This document shows positions 9,381-17,991 of a stretch of DNA of 64,000 nt, piece after piece (the stretch's first letter is position 1; each line of letters opens with the position of its first letter). Source of the DNA: Methanobacteriota archaeon. Its GTDB lineage: Archaea; Thermoplasmatota; Thermoplasmata; RBG-16-68-12. Below the pieces are notes generated by a model. The model searched no databases and was not told where the DNA came from. It saw only the letters and a program-made list of their open reading frames with translations. Location of the stretch: NCBI GenBank assembly GCA_005878615.1, contig VBLT01000105.1, forward strand, positions 3,414 to 67,413. Direction: 5' to 3'. Position numbers and translations under genes: made by a program.

Positions 9381-10238
9381 TCAGGCGCGGGCCTCGCCGA
9401 TCGCCATGATCGCTTCGCGGATGAGGCGCGCCCCGAGCAACGCCGTCTGGCCGAAGTCCCAGGCAGGGCTGACTTCGTTCAGGTCCATGCCGACGAGGTG
9501 CGGGCCCAGCGTGCCGATCAGCTCCTTCACCTGGAAGGGCGAGAGGCCGAACGGCTCCGGGTTCCCGACCGCGGGGGCGTACGCGGGATCCACTCCGTCC
9601 ATGTCGATCGTCAGATAGATCTTGTCTCGGCTGACCGCCTTGAGCGCCCGCTCGGCCCCCGCCGTCATGCCCCGATCATGGATATCGTACACGCTGACAT
9701 AGGTGAGGCCCAACCGTTCGAGGTCTTCCCGTTCCTCGCGGCTGTACGAGCGGACCCCCAGGTATACCACATGCTCCACGCCGACGTGGTCCGCGATCCG
9801 GCGAGCGCTGCAGGCGTGCGACCATGAGTCGTTCAGGTAGGAGTCGCGGAAATCCAAGTGGGCGTCGATCCCGAGGACGCCGATGTCCTTGGCGAACCCG
9901 CGGACGACCGCAGGGGCGAGGCTGTGCTCGCCGCCAATGACGATCGGAATCTTCCCCGCGCGGACGATGTCGGAGGCCCGCTGGGTGACGCCCGCGACCA
10001 TGTCGACCGTGGGACCGTAGGCCGGGGTGTCGCCGAGGTCGGCGACGGGGACGTCGAGCAAGTCCCGCTGGTGATCCATCATGTAGGTCTCGAAGTTGTA
10101 CGAGGCTTCCCGGATTGCACGCGGTGCGAACCGGGACCCGCCGCGGAAGGAGCAGGTGTGATCGTACGGCACGCCGAACAAGGCGATGCGGGCGGCGTCG
10201 TACTTCGCGACGGCGTCCGCGAAGTGGGGCGCGGCCAT
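9381..10238 (-). CDS. agmatinase/arginase-family ureohydrolase
   Basis: 285 aa with Mn-binding ureohydrolase motifs (GGEHS, DAHLD, S-x-D-M-D). Immediately downstream of aIF5A, as commonly seen in archaea. Confidence 0.8.
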   Translation of the reverse strand: MAAPHFADAVAKYDAARIALFGVPYDHTCSFRGGSRFAPRAIREASYNFETYMMDHQRDLLDVPVADLGDTPAYGPTVDMVAGVTQRASDIVRAGKIPIVIGGEHSLAPAVVRGFAKDIGVLGIDAHLDFRDSYLNDSWSHACSARRIADHVGVEHVVYLGVRSYSREEREDLERLGLTYVSVYDIHDRGMTAGAERALKAVSRDKIYLTIDMDGVDPAYAPAVGNPEPFGLSPFQVKELIGTLGPHLVGMDLNEVSPAWDFGQTALLGARLIREAIMAIGEARA

Positions 10239-10281
10239 CCGGAGGCCGCAACGGCGTGGGCTTATTTGAGGACGAGGCCCC

Positions 10282-10668
10282 TCAGTTCGTCGTCATCTTG
10301 CGGCGGCCGAGCGTCTCCATGTACATGACCTCCTGGCCGGGCTGGATTTTTCCCTGCAAATCGTCCGGCACGGGAAGCTCGAACGTCTGGTACGTGGCCA
10401 TGTCCATGAGCTGCACGACGTTGGCGCGCATCGACAAGATCTGCGCCTTCCTCTTGTCGATCATCGGGACGCGGACCTTGTGGGTCACGGGGTGGACGAT
10501 CGATCGCTTCTGACCGTCGAAAAGGCCGACCACCTCGAGGCGGGCTTTCGCCTCGCCGTGTTTTCCGGGCTTCGAGGTCTGGATGCTGAGGATCCGACAC
10601 GGTTCGTCATCGACGACGATGTACCGGTTCACCTTGAGTTCGCGGATCTCCGCCTGCTCCCATGACAT
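10282..10668 (-). CDS. eif5a: translation initiation factor 5A (aIF-5A)
   Basis: 128 aa. Hypusine loop T-S-K-P-G-K-H-G-E-A-K. Confidence 0.9.
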   Translation of the reverse strand: MSWEQAEIRELKVNRYIVVDDEPCRILSIQTSKPGKHGEAKARLEVVGLFDGQKRSIVHPVTHKVRVPMIDKRKAQILSMRANVVQLMDMATYQTFELPVPDDLQGKIQPGQEVMYMETLGRRKMTTN

Positions 10669-10713
10669 CGAGATTCTCCGGCGGCGATACTGGCGGCTGC
10701 TTAAAATGTTTCC

Positions 10714-11784
10714 TCAGGGGCGCCGACCTTTTCGCGATCCATATTTCTTTCGCGGCACACTCCGAGCCGGACGAACCGGTCGCTCGGCCTTGCGCCGACG
10801 GATCTCTTCGACGGATACATCCAGGTCGCGCAGGAGGTCCGGCGCGATGTGTCGCTTCGTGTACGCGTCGGCGCGCGCGGCCATCGAGATGCGACCGGCG
10901 AGCGTTCGCGCGATGGCGCCCCGCTGCCATTTCGGCGCGCGGTGGACCAGGGGATGCTGGAATAGGACTCCGTGTTTCGGAGGCCGCGACCCGGTGCGCA
11001 GGTGCCGGAACAGGGCGCGCTCCGCCCCGAGCAATTGGACGGTGCCCGTAGGCGCGCGAGCGAGTTCCTCGACCCCTCCCGCCAACGTGACGAGCCGTGC
11101 GGCGATGAGGGGTCCTGCGAGTTCGGACACATTCGGCGCGAGCTCGCGGACGGATCGTTCCACATAGGCTTCGATGGACTTCCGTCGTTCCGCGACTTGT
11201 TGCGCCAAGCCCGCGAACGACTTGATCTCCGCTTCGTCCCGATCGGTGAGCGATGCGCCCACGCTCTCCTGGGACGCAATCGGCATACGTTCCCTGCGAC
11301 CGTGCGTCGCCACCAGGTCCAGGTACGTCGCCGTGTCGACGACCGGGGAGAGCTCCGGGAAGTGGAGCCCGTACCACTCCCGGAGGCGTTCGACGATCGC
11401 GTTCTCCTGCTCCTGAATCTCGTCGAGGGCGCCAACCGCTTGGCGGAGATGGTCCTCAGGCCCGACGGCCTCCCGCATCCGTTCCTTCCCGAGGCGGACC
11501 ATCGCCGCGTGGAGGAGGTCCCGACCGTACCCGAACGGCTCCGGATCGAGGAAGGGCGGCCGCTCCTTGGTCCGGTTTCCGCCGGCCCGTTCCAGCCGCG
11601 GCTCGAGGACGAAGACCTCGTCGGCGAGGCTCATCAGATCCCGCTCCTCGGGCAGGACCTTCCAATCCTCCACGAGGCTCAGTCGCTCCGCGATGGCCTT
11701 CTCGTCCTTCGGGAAGAGTCGCTGGTGGACGACCGTCCCTTCGTCCAGGAGGAAGGAGCCGAACCATGTCGTGACGAGCAGCAC
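10714..11784 (-). CDS. C/D box sRNP protein Nop5 (Nop56/58 homolog)
   Basis: 356 aa. Nop domain (AGPLIAARLVTLAGGVEELARAPTGTVQLLGAE...LFRHLRTG...PKHGVLFQHPLV) plus lysine/arginine-rich C-tail. No fibrillarin gene adjacent. Confidence 0.8.
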   Translation of the reverse strand: MLLVTTWFGSFLLDEGTVVHQRLFPKDEKAIAERLSLVEDWKVLPEERDLMSLADEVFVLEPRLERAGGNRTKERPPFLDPEPFGYGRDLLHAAMVRLGKERMREAVGPEDHLRQAVGALDEIQEQENAIVERLREWYGLHFPELSPVVDTATYLDLVATHGRRERMPIASQESVGASLTDRDEAEIKSFAGLAQQVAERRKSIEAYVERSVRELAPNVSELAGPLIAARLVTLAGGVEELARAPTGTVQLLGAERALFRHLRTGSRPPKHGVLFQHPLVHRAPKWQRGAIARTLAGRISMAARADAYTKRHIAPDLLRDLDVSVEEIRRRKAERPVRPARSVPRKKYGSRKGRRP

Positions 11785-11823
11785 GCCGTCGCGAAGAGGC
11801 TCGGTCCGTAAAAGCGTATGCGC

Positions 11824-12882
11824 TCAGCGAGCCTTCGGGCCCTTCCCTTTCTTCGAGGTCGCCTTCTTTGGACGCGATGGGGCCTTCTTCATCGAACGCA
11901 GCTGGGCGGGCTTCCACACTCCGGTCTCGGTGATGAAGCCCGTGATGTACTTCGCGGGCGTCACGTCGAAGGCCGGGTTCCGGGCCGGACTCCCCTTCGG
12001 GGCGATCGGCTGCCCGTCGAGGTGGAGGACCTCTTGAGGGGAGCGCTCCTCGATCGGGATTTTCCCTCCGGAAAGCAGACCGAAATCGATCGTGCTCGTC
12101 GGCGCCGCGACGTAGAACGGGACGCCGTTCTCCCGGGCGATCACGGCCAAGCCGTACGTCCCGATCTTGTTCGCCGTGTCCCCGTTCGCCGCGATTCGAT
12201 CCGCGCCGAGCAAGACCAGGTCCACTTCGCCGCGGCCCAGGAAGGCCCCCGCCGCCCCATCCGTGATGATGGAATGGTCGATCCCTTCCTGCAGCAGTTC
12301 CCACGAGGTGAGCCGGGCGCCTTGCAACCGGGGACGCGTCTCGTCGACGTAGACGAAGAAGCGCCGACCCTGCTCCTTCGCGACCCGCATCGGAGCCATC
12401 GCGGTCCCGTAGTCGACCGCCGCCAGGGCCCCGGCGTTGCAGTGGGTGAGGATCCTCGTCCCGTCGAGGATCAGCTTGGCGCCGTGCTCGCCGATTTTCC
12501 GGCAGCGTTCGATGTCTTCCTCGGCATATCGATTGGCGGCCGAAACCAGGTCGCCGCCATTGGCCGTGGCCTTCAGCATATATTCGATGGCGAAGAAGAG
12601 GTCCTGCCCGGTCGGCCGAGTCTTCCGAAGCCGGTCGGCGGCCGCCTTCAGGTCGAGCCCTTGGAGGCCGGCCTGGGCCAATCCGTAGGCCGCCGTCGCC
12701 CCGATCGCGGGTGCACCGCGGACGACCATGTCCTCGATCGCGACGGCGACGTCCTCCGTATTCTTCGCCTCGTAGATTCGGAGGTCGAAGGGCAGGTAAC
12801 GCTGGTCGATCAGCTTCACAAGACCGTCCTCGAGCCAGACGGTCCTCAGCTCGCGCGCGGTGCCATCGAGGGTGACGTGCAC
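11824..12882 (-). CDS. eIF-2B alpha/beta/delta-family protein (MTR-1-P isomerase / R15P isomerase-like)
   Basis: 352 aa. Family signatures THCNAGALA, GADRIAANGDTANKIGTY. Lys-rich C-terminal tail. Confidence 0.75.
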   Translation of the reverse strand: MHVTLDGTARELRTVWLEDGLVKLIDQRYLPFDLRIYEAKNTEDVAVAIEDMVVRGAPAIGATAAYGLAQAGLQGLDLKAAADRLRKTRPTGQDLFFAIEYMLKATANGGDLVSAANRYAEEDIERCRKIGEHGAKLILDGTRILTHCNAGALAAVDYGTAMAPMRVAKEQGRRFFVYVDETRPRLQGARLTSWELLQEGIDHSIITDGAAGAFLGRGEVDLVLLGADRIAANGDTANKIGTYGLAVIARENGVPFYVAAPTSTIDFGLLSGGKIPIEERSPQEVLHLDGQPIAPKGSPARNPAFDVTPAKYITGFITETGVWKPAQLRSMKKAPSRPKKATSKKGKGPKAR

Positions 12883-12892
12883 GAGGCTCCCC

Positions 12893-13353
12893 CTAGGGGC
12901 GTCGGAGGGAGGAAAGGAGGCTCGAGAGACCCGGCCGGCCCAACTCCCGCTTCATCTCGCGGGTGAGGGAGTCGTAGTAGGCGACCTGCTGCTCGACTTT
13001 GGCCAACTCGTCGTCGAGGCGGCGACGTTCGTCCGCCAGGCTCTGGAGCGCGTCGAGGATCCGCCGTTCGCGCTGCCGCCACCGTTCCATCTCCCGCTCG
13101 ATGCCGACGGGCCCGGGCAACCGCCTCACCTCCCCGGTACGATCGGGGGGACCGCGGTCCCGGGCTGGGTCCCCATGTGCCGATCGAGGAGGACCCGGCC
13201 GAATTCCAAGATTTTGTTCCGCACCCCCCCGAGTTCTTTCCGGAGGACGGACCGGCGGCGGTCGAGCTGCCGGATTCGCTCGCGGATCCGCTTTCGGCGT
13301 TCCCGCCATTTCTTCTGTTCTTCCAAGGCGAGGAGGACGTGGGAGGAATCCAT
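12893..13353 (-). pseudogene. coiled-coil protein gene interrupted by apparent +1 frameshift at a C6 homopolymer
   Basis: Listed ORFs 13126..13353 and 12893..13309 are both coiled-coil-like but in different frames. Adding one C in the C6 run (minus strand; plus G6 at 13145-13150) fuses them into a ~155-aa protein (MDSSHVLLALEEQKK...AVPPDRTGEVRRLPGP...QVAYYDSLTREMKREL). Confidence 0.4.
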
Positions 13354-13408
13354 CGAGTGCGATCCACTCCAGATGGTCCAGACTATTTAATCGTGCTGTC
13401 TCCGCTGT

Positions 13409-13690
13409 TCATTCCTCTTTTATCTGGGCGCCCGGAATCACGTACTTGAACAGGTCGAACAGGTTCATCGCCTGCGTCACGAAGTCTTTCGCGATCCCTT
13501 CGCCGGCGTCGAGCCCGAAAACGAGCTGGAGGTCATCGACCTTCCAGACGCTCACCAGATTGGCCACCGTGCGCTGGGTGCCGGCCTCGCTCACGCGAAG
13601 CTTGCCGATCAAGTTCTCACCATCCCGGCTCGTGGAGAGGGAGACCAGGTAACCGCGGCCCTGGAGCTGCTTCTTCGCGATCGTCGTCAT
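13409..13690 (-). CDS. hypothetical small protein
   Basis: 93 aa (MTTIAKKQLQGRGYLVSLSTSRDGENLIGKLRV...). AAGGAGGA Shine-Dalgarno-like sequence 10-14 nt upstream of ATG at 13690. TTTATTA TATA-like box ~50 nt upstream. No family recognised. Confidence 0.45.
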   Translation of the reverse strand: MTTIAKKQLQGRGYLVSLSTSRDGENLIGKLRVSEAGTQRTVANLVSVWKVDDLQLVFGLDAGEGIAKDFVTQAMNLFDLFKYVIPGAQIKEE

Positions 13691-13828
13691 GTCGGATTTG
13701 TCCTCCTTGGCCATCGAGGGTGACTCCGGCGCCGCTATCCCGACCATCGCTAATAAAGACTGTGAGGTGGCACCCATCGCAGCTCCCACCCTGGAGATTT
13801 ATACGGCCCGGCGTGTTCCACCGCCGTC

Positions 13829-13901
13829 GGGCTCGTGGTCTAGCGGTTATGACATCGCTCTCACACAGCGAAGGTCACCGGTTCGAATCCGGTCGAGCCC
13901 A
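13829..13901 (+). tRNA. tRNA-Val (anticodon CAC)
   Basis: Acceptor gggctcg/cgagccc; anticodon stem tcgct/agcga; loop ctcacac (CAC). T arm accgg-ttcgaat-ccggt; discriminator A. Confidence 0.85.
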
Positions 13902-13927
13902 CTCCGGTTCCGATTCGACCCGCGCCA

Positions 13928-14236
13928 TTAGTGTGCGACGGTCGCCGTGAGGGCCGCGACCAGCACCGCCACGAGGGCGAGGCCCGCCAACGGGATCAAC
14001 GCGACCCACCGCGGCTCGTATCGCAGGTGCATGTAGTAAGCGACCACCAAGCTCGCCTTCACGGTGGCGAGGATGACGAGGATGATGATCGTCTCCAGGT
14101 GAGGCAAGCCGAGGCTGTACACACTCAATTCGACGAGCGTCACCACCGCGAGGACGACGAACACGACCACATAGGGGCGCTTCTTCAGCTCCTCCACGGC
14201 CCCGGTGGCATGCGTCGCGGTCGCCGTCTCGCTCAT
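13928..14236 (-). CDS. cytochrome c oxidase subunit IV (prokaryotic small subunit)
   Basis: 102 aa with 3 TM helices, immediately downstream of CoxIII on the same strand. Resembles small aa3/caa3 subunit IV proteins. Confidence 0.55.
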   Translation of the reverse strand: MSETATATHATGAVEELKKRPYVVVFVVLAVVTLVELSVYSLGLPHLETIIILVILATVKASLVVAYYMHLRYEPRWVALIPLAGLALVAVLVAALTATVAH

Positions 14237-14244
14237 GCCCTACC

Positions 14245-15084
14245 TCAGATTAGATACACGATCGTGAAGAGGAAGATCCAGACCACATCGACGAAGTGCC
14301 AGTAGAGCCCCGCGAGTTCGACCGCCTCATGGTTCTCCTTCGTGAATCCTCCCTTGAACGCCTTCCTCGTGACGTACGCCATCGCGAGGACGCCGGCGGT
14401 GACGTGCGAGCCGTGAACGCCGGTCTGGGCATAGAATGTGGGACCGTACAGCGGGTTCACTCCCGACCCGGCAGGCGCGTGGGTGAAGGTGAGTCCCTCT
14501 CCAAAGAAGAGGTGTTGGTACTCGAACGCTTGGATGCTGAGGAAGGTGATGCCGAGGAGCAAGGTCGCGAGGAGGAAGAGCCGGAGTTTCGTCTGGTCGC
14601 CGCGTTCGATGGCGGCCAACGCCTCGACCATGGTCAGGCTGCTACAGATCAGGATGAACGTGTTGAGTCCCGTCAACGGCACGTTGAGGATCTGGTTCGG
14701 GGTCGCCCACGGACCTTGGAACGTCGGAAGGCCGACTGTGGCGGTCCGCAGGCGTAGGGTCCAAGAGGCGCCGATGATGGCGGAGAAGAACATGATCTCC
14801 GTCGCCAACATCAGCCACATGCCGAGTTTGCGGGCGCTCACCCGCGGGAGCCGCGACTCGACGGCCGCCGCAAGCCCATAGAAAGGGCTCGAGGGCCGTT
14901 GCAAGTCCTGATGGATCCAGCCTCCGATGCCGCCCGCGAAAATCACGACGCCGGCGAGGAGGAGCGGGATGCTTCCAGATACGATGCCGACGTACGCGAC
15001 GCCCATCCCGACCGCGATGATGACGGGCCAAGGGCTCCCGTGATGCTCCTCCTCGCCTTCTCCGACGGACTCCGGATGCGCCAT
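14245..15084 (-). CDS. cytochrome c oxidase subunit III
   Basis: Only the C-terminal 279 aa of listed ORF 14245..16275 is credible; start ATG at 15084. Canonical C-terminus ELAGLYWHFVDVVWIFLFTIVYLI and 7-TM pattern. Confidence 0.8.
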   Translation of the reverse strand: MAHPESVGEGEEEHHGSPWPVIIAVGMGVAYVGIVSGSIPLLLAGVVIFAGGIGGWIHQDLQRPSSPFYGLAAAVESRLPRVSARKLGMWLMLATEIMFFSAIIGASWTLRLRTATVGLPTFQGPWATPNQILNVPLTGLNTFILICSSLTMVEALAAIERGDQTKLRLFLLATLLLGITFLSIQAFEYQHLFFGEGLTFTHAPAGSGVNPLYGPTFYAQTGVHGSHVTAGVLAMAYVTRKAFKGGFTKENHEAVELAGLYWHFVDVVWIFLFTIVYLI

Positions 15085-15357
15085 CCGCCCGTTCCGGAGC
15101 CGTGGAACATCCAGGCCGCTATAACATCTTCGTTTGTACGCGCAAGGGGTCGTCAGTTCGGACGGAACACCCACGGATCGTGTGCGAGGGTCAGGAACAA
15201 GTCTCGCGACTTCGACCACTCGATGAGCCAATTCGGCACCGCAATTCGCGGTCCCTCGGGTCGAAATCGCATGGAGACTGCGTTTCCTATGAGGGGGATA
15301 AAAGCATCGACGCTCGTGCTGATTTTTATTCCCAGGACATAGAACGCAGGAGGTCGG

Positions 15358-16281
15358 ATGGTGGAATCCGAGGCGCCCACCGAGCGGAGAAAGACCGCAA
15401 GGAACACCGGAAGCGAACATCCGTTGGTAGGGACCAACGAAACGGCTTATACCCGGCCCTCGGATGGGGAGCCCCTCAGGTTTCTCATGCCGAACATCCA
15501 GCGGATGAAGACGAAGCTCGTGCTCCTGGGGGAGAGCGGAGTCGGGAAGACGTCCCTGGTCCGACGGTTCGTCATGAACGAGTACGAAGACGCCTACCTG
15601 CGTACGGTCGGGACTCGGGTCAGCAAGATCGAACTCGTGGTGCCCCATGGAGCGGATGTGGAGGTCCACATGGACATGTCGATCTTCGACATCATGGGCG
15701 AGAAAGGCTTTCGGGACCTTGTCCGGGAGACCTACTACCACGGTGCACAGGCCCTGATGGCGGTCTGCGACCTGACGCGGAAGGAGAGTTTGGACGCGCT
15801 GGCGGATTGGATTTCCGCGGCCCTGGAGGTGACCGGGGACGTGCCCCTCTATCTCGTCGTCAACAAGAAGGATCTCGAACCGCAGCGGGCGATCTCGGAA
15901 GAGGAGATCCGGCGGGCCGCCGAGGTCCACCGTGCGCCGTATGTCCTGACCTCCGCCCGGACCGGCGAATTCGTCGAGGACGTGTTCAATTCCCTCGCCA
16001 TCGAGATGGTCGATCGCGCGTTCCGGCATGAAGAGGAACGCATGGCACAGCGGAGCGTCCGGGACAAGGTGTTGGTGCTGCTGGAGAAACGGGGATCGAT
16101 CGGCTTGAAGAAGAATCAGTTCTTCGATATCCTGCGCGGTGTGCAGTTCGACGAAATCCAGGCCGAGCTCGATCGGCTCGAACGGGAGGGCCTGGTGACG
16201 ATCCTGTGGTACGGGGCCTCCGATTTCGCCGTCACGATCACCCCGCGCGGCGCGAAAGCCGTCCGGCAGGGTCAAGCGTGA
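15358..16281 (+). CDS. Rab/Ras-like small GTPase with N-terminal extension and C-terminal winged-helix-like domain
   Basis: G1 [11 protein letters not shown] (Rab5-like); switch I T in RTVG; G3 D-I-M-G; G4 NKKD; G5 TSAR. ~85-aa C-terminal domain ([42 protein letters not shown]) looks wHTH-like. TTTTTATT box ~30 nt upstream of ATG 15358 supports that start; alternative start 15487. Confidence 0.7.
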   Translation: [307 protein letters not shown]

Positions 16282-16315
16282 GGCGCGGCCTAAACCGCCG
16301 CTCGAGGACAGGGCG

Positions 16316-16921
16316 ATGAAGAAGGTCCAACTGGAGCGTACCTTACAGTCGCTCGACCCGATCGCCGATCCGACGGCCGCCTCGGAACAGTATCCGACGC
16401 CCGCGGGGATCGCGGCTGAGCTCGTCTATTTCGGGGCGGGACGCGGCGATATTGCGGGTCGATCCGTCGTAGACCTGGGGTGCGGGAATGGGATCCTCGC
16501 GATCGCCGCGAAACTCCTAGGCGCCGGTCGGGTGCTGGGAATCGATTCGGATTCAAAAGCCCTCGCGGTCGCCCGCCGCAACTCGGCCCGCGCCGGAGTC
16601 GAGGTGGAATGGGTTCGGAGGACCGTCGACGGATTCCACGAGCCCTTCGATACCGTCGTGATGAATCCTCCGTTCGGGGCCCAGACCCGAAAGGCCGATC
16701 GTCCGTTCCTCGACGCCGCGATCGCCAGCGGCCGGGTGGCCTACACGTTTCTCAATCCAGCGTCGGAGGAATTCGTGCGACGACGGATCGAGGCCTCCGG
16801 AGGTTCGATCACCGATCGCCTCGAGTACGCCTTTCCGATCGCACATCTGTTCCCTTTCCATCGGGACGAGCTCCGGACGATTGCCGTGCTCCTCTTCCGC
16901 TTCGAGGTGGCGAAGGACTAA
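16316..16921 (+). CDS. METTL5-like N6-adenine RNA methyltransferase (COG2263-type)
   Basis: 201 aa. SAM motif I VVDLGCGNGILA; catalytic N-P-P-F motif. Confidence 0.7.
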   Translation: MKKVQLERTLQSLDPIADPTAASEQYPTPAGIAAELVYFGAGRGDIAGRSVVDLGCGNGILAIAAKLLGAGRVLGIDSDSKALAVARRNSARAGVEVEWVRRTVDGFHEPFDTVVMNPPFGAQTRKADRPFLDAAIASGRVAYTFLNPASEEFVRRRIEASGGSITDRLEYAFPIAHLFPFHRDELRTIAVLLFRFEVAKD

Positions 16922-16968
16922 ATACCGAGGTCCCCTGTGCGTCCGGAACGAGGAGCGAATCGGTCCGA

Positions 16969-17727
16969 ATGGAAGCGAAGATGGTCCTCCCCGGAGACGA
17001 GATCGCCGTCGCGGAGGAGTTTGAACCCGGCGAGGGAACGTACGAGAAGAATGGCCGCGTGTACGCGGCGACCCCGGGCGTCCTCATCCTCGATCCGGCG
17101 AACCGCGTCGCCCGCGTTCGCGCCTTCAATCCTCCGGCCGAATTGAAAGTCGGCGATATCGTGTACGGGACGATCGACGACATCCGGGGGATGATGGCGA
17201 CCGCCACAGTCCTGGCGATCCACGGCCGAACCCGACAGGTCAGCGGGGAAGCCGAAGGGACCATCCACATCTCCAATGTCTCCGAGGACTACACGGAGGA
17301 CATCCACGACAAATTCCGCCTCGGCGACATCATCCGAGCGAAGGTCATCCAAGTCAAGCCGTCCGTCCAACTGACGACGGCCGAGGCGAACCTGGGTGTG
17401 GTCAAGGCGCTCTGTTCCGTCTGTCGCGGACCCCTCGAACTCCGAGGACACGACCTGTACTGTCCGAGAGACGAACGGACCGAGCGAAGGAAGGTCGCCG
17501 CAGACTACGCGGATCTTCGTCTCTTCGTTCCGGCGACGCAACTCGGCGGAGGAACGATCCCGGAGAAACATCGCGGAGGGCGTCCCGAAGGGGCGGACCG
17601 CGGAGGTCGGGACCGAGGCGGACGGGGCGGCGGCCGCGAACGGTTCCGCGATCGCGGCGGAGGCGGTAGGGGTCGCGACAGGCGAGGTGGCGGAGGCCGG
17701 GATCGCGATCGCGACCGTCGCCGGTGA
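16969..17727 (+). CDS. csl4: exosome complex RNA-binding protein Csl4 with C-terminal RGG/RG-rich tail
   Basis: N-terminal beta domain and S1 fold (GDIVYGTI...IHISNVSED...LGDIIRAKVIQV). Zn-ribbon (CSVCRGPLELRGHDLYC). Then ~55-aa tail GGRDRGGRGGGRERFRDRGGGGRGRDRRGGGGRDRDRDRRR. Start ATG at 16969, in frame with ORF 16480. Confidence 0.75.
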   Translation: MEAKMVLPGDEIAVAEEFEPGEGTYEKNGRVYAATPGVLILDPANRVARVRAFNPPAELKVGDIVYGTIDDIRGMMATATVLAIHGRTRQVSGEAEGTIHISNVSEDYTEDIHDKFRLGDIIRAKVIQVKPSVQLTTAEANLGVVKALCSVCRGPLELRGHDLYCPRDERTERRKVAADYADLRLFVPATQLGGGTIPEKHRGGRPEGADRGGRDRGGRGGGRERFRDRGGGGRGRDRRGGGGRDRDRDRRR

Positions 17728-17787
17728 CGAAAAATTTCTGACCGTTGCGTTCCGAGAATTAGCACCAAGAATCGAAGGCAAAAAGAT

Positions 17788-17991
17788 ATGAACCTTCCCC
17801 GTGATAGCAGCCCGAAGAAGTTGCCGATGTCTCCGTCCAACGAAGAACTCATGCGGGAGCTCAGCCGACTTCGCTCGGAAATTCAGCAGCTCCGGGAGGT
17901 CGTCAGCGCCCTGTTCAACGCGGTCTTCGAGGAAGGGGAAGAAGACTGGGACACGGTCCCTGAGAAGGACGAATTCAACCTTTACAACTGA
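17788..17991 (+). CDS. hypothetical small acidic coiled-coil protein
   Basis: 67 aa (LMRELSRLRSEIQQLREVVSALFNAVFEEGEEDWD). A-rich upstream region. No family recognised. Confidence 0.35.
   Translation: MNLPRDSSPKKLPMSPSNEELMRELSRLRSEIQQLREVVSALFNAVFEEGEEDWDTVPEKDEFNLYN

Noticed and set aside
14245-16275. 676-aa ORF on the - strand extending far upstream of CoxIII
   Set aside because: Only the last 279 aa (from ATG 15084) are CoxIII. The remainder overlaps the + strand GTPase gene and the intergenic promoter region and has junk composition.
17505-17852. 115-aa minus-strand ORF rich in Pro/Arg/Ser
   Set aside because: It is the antisense mirror of the Csl4 RGG tail, with no independent support.
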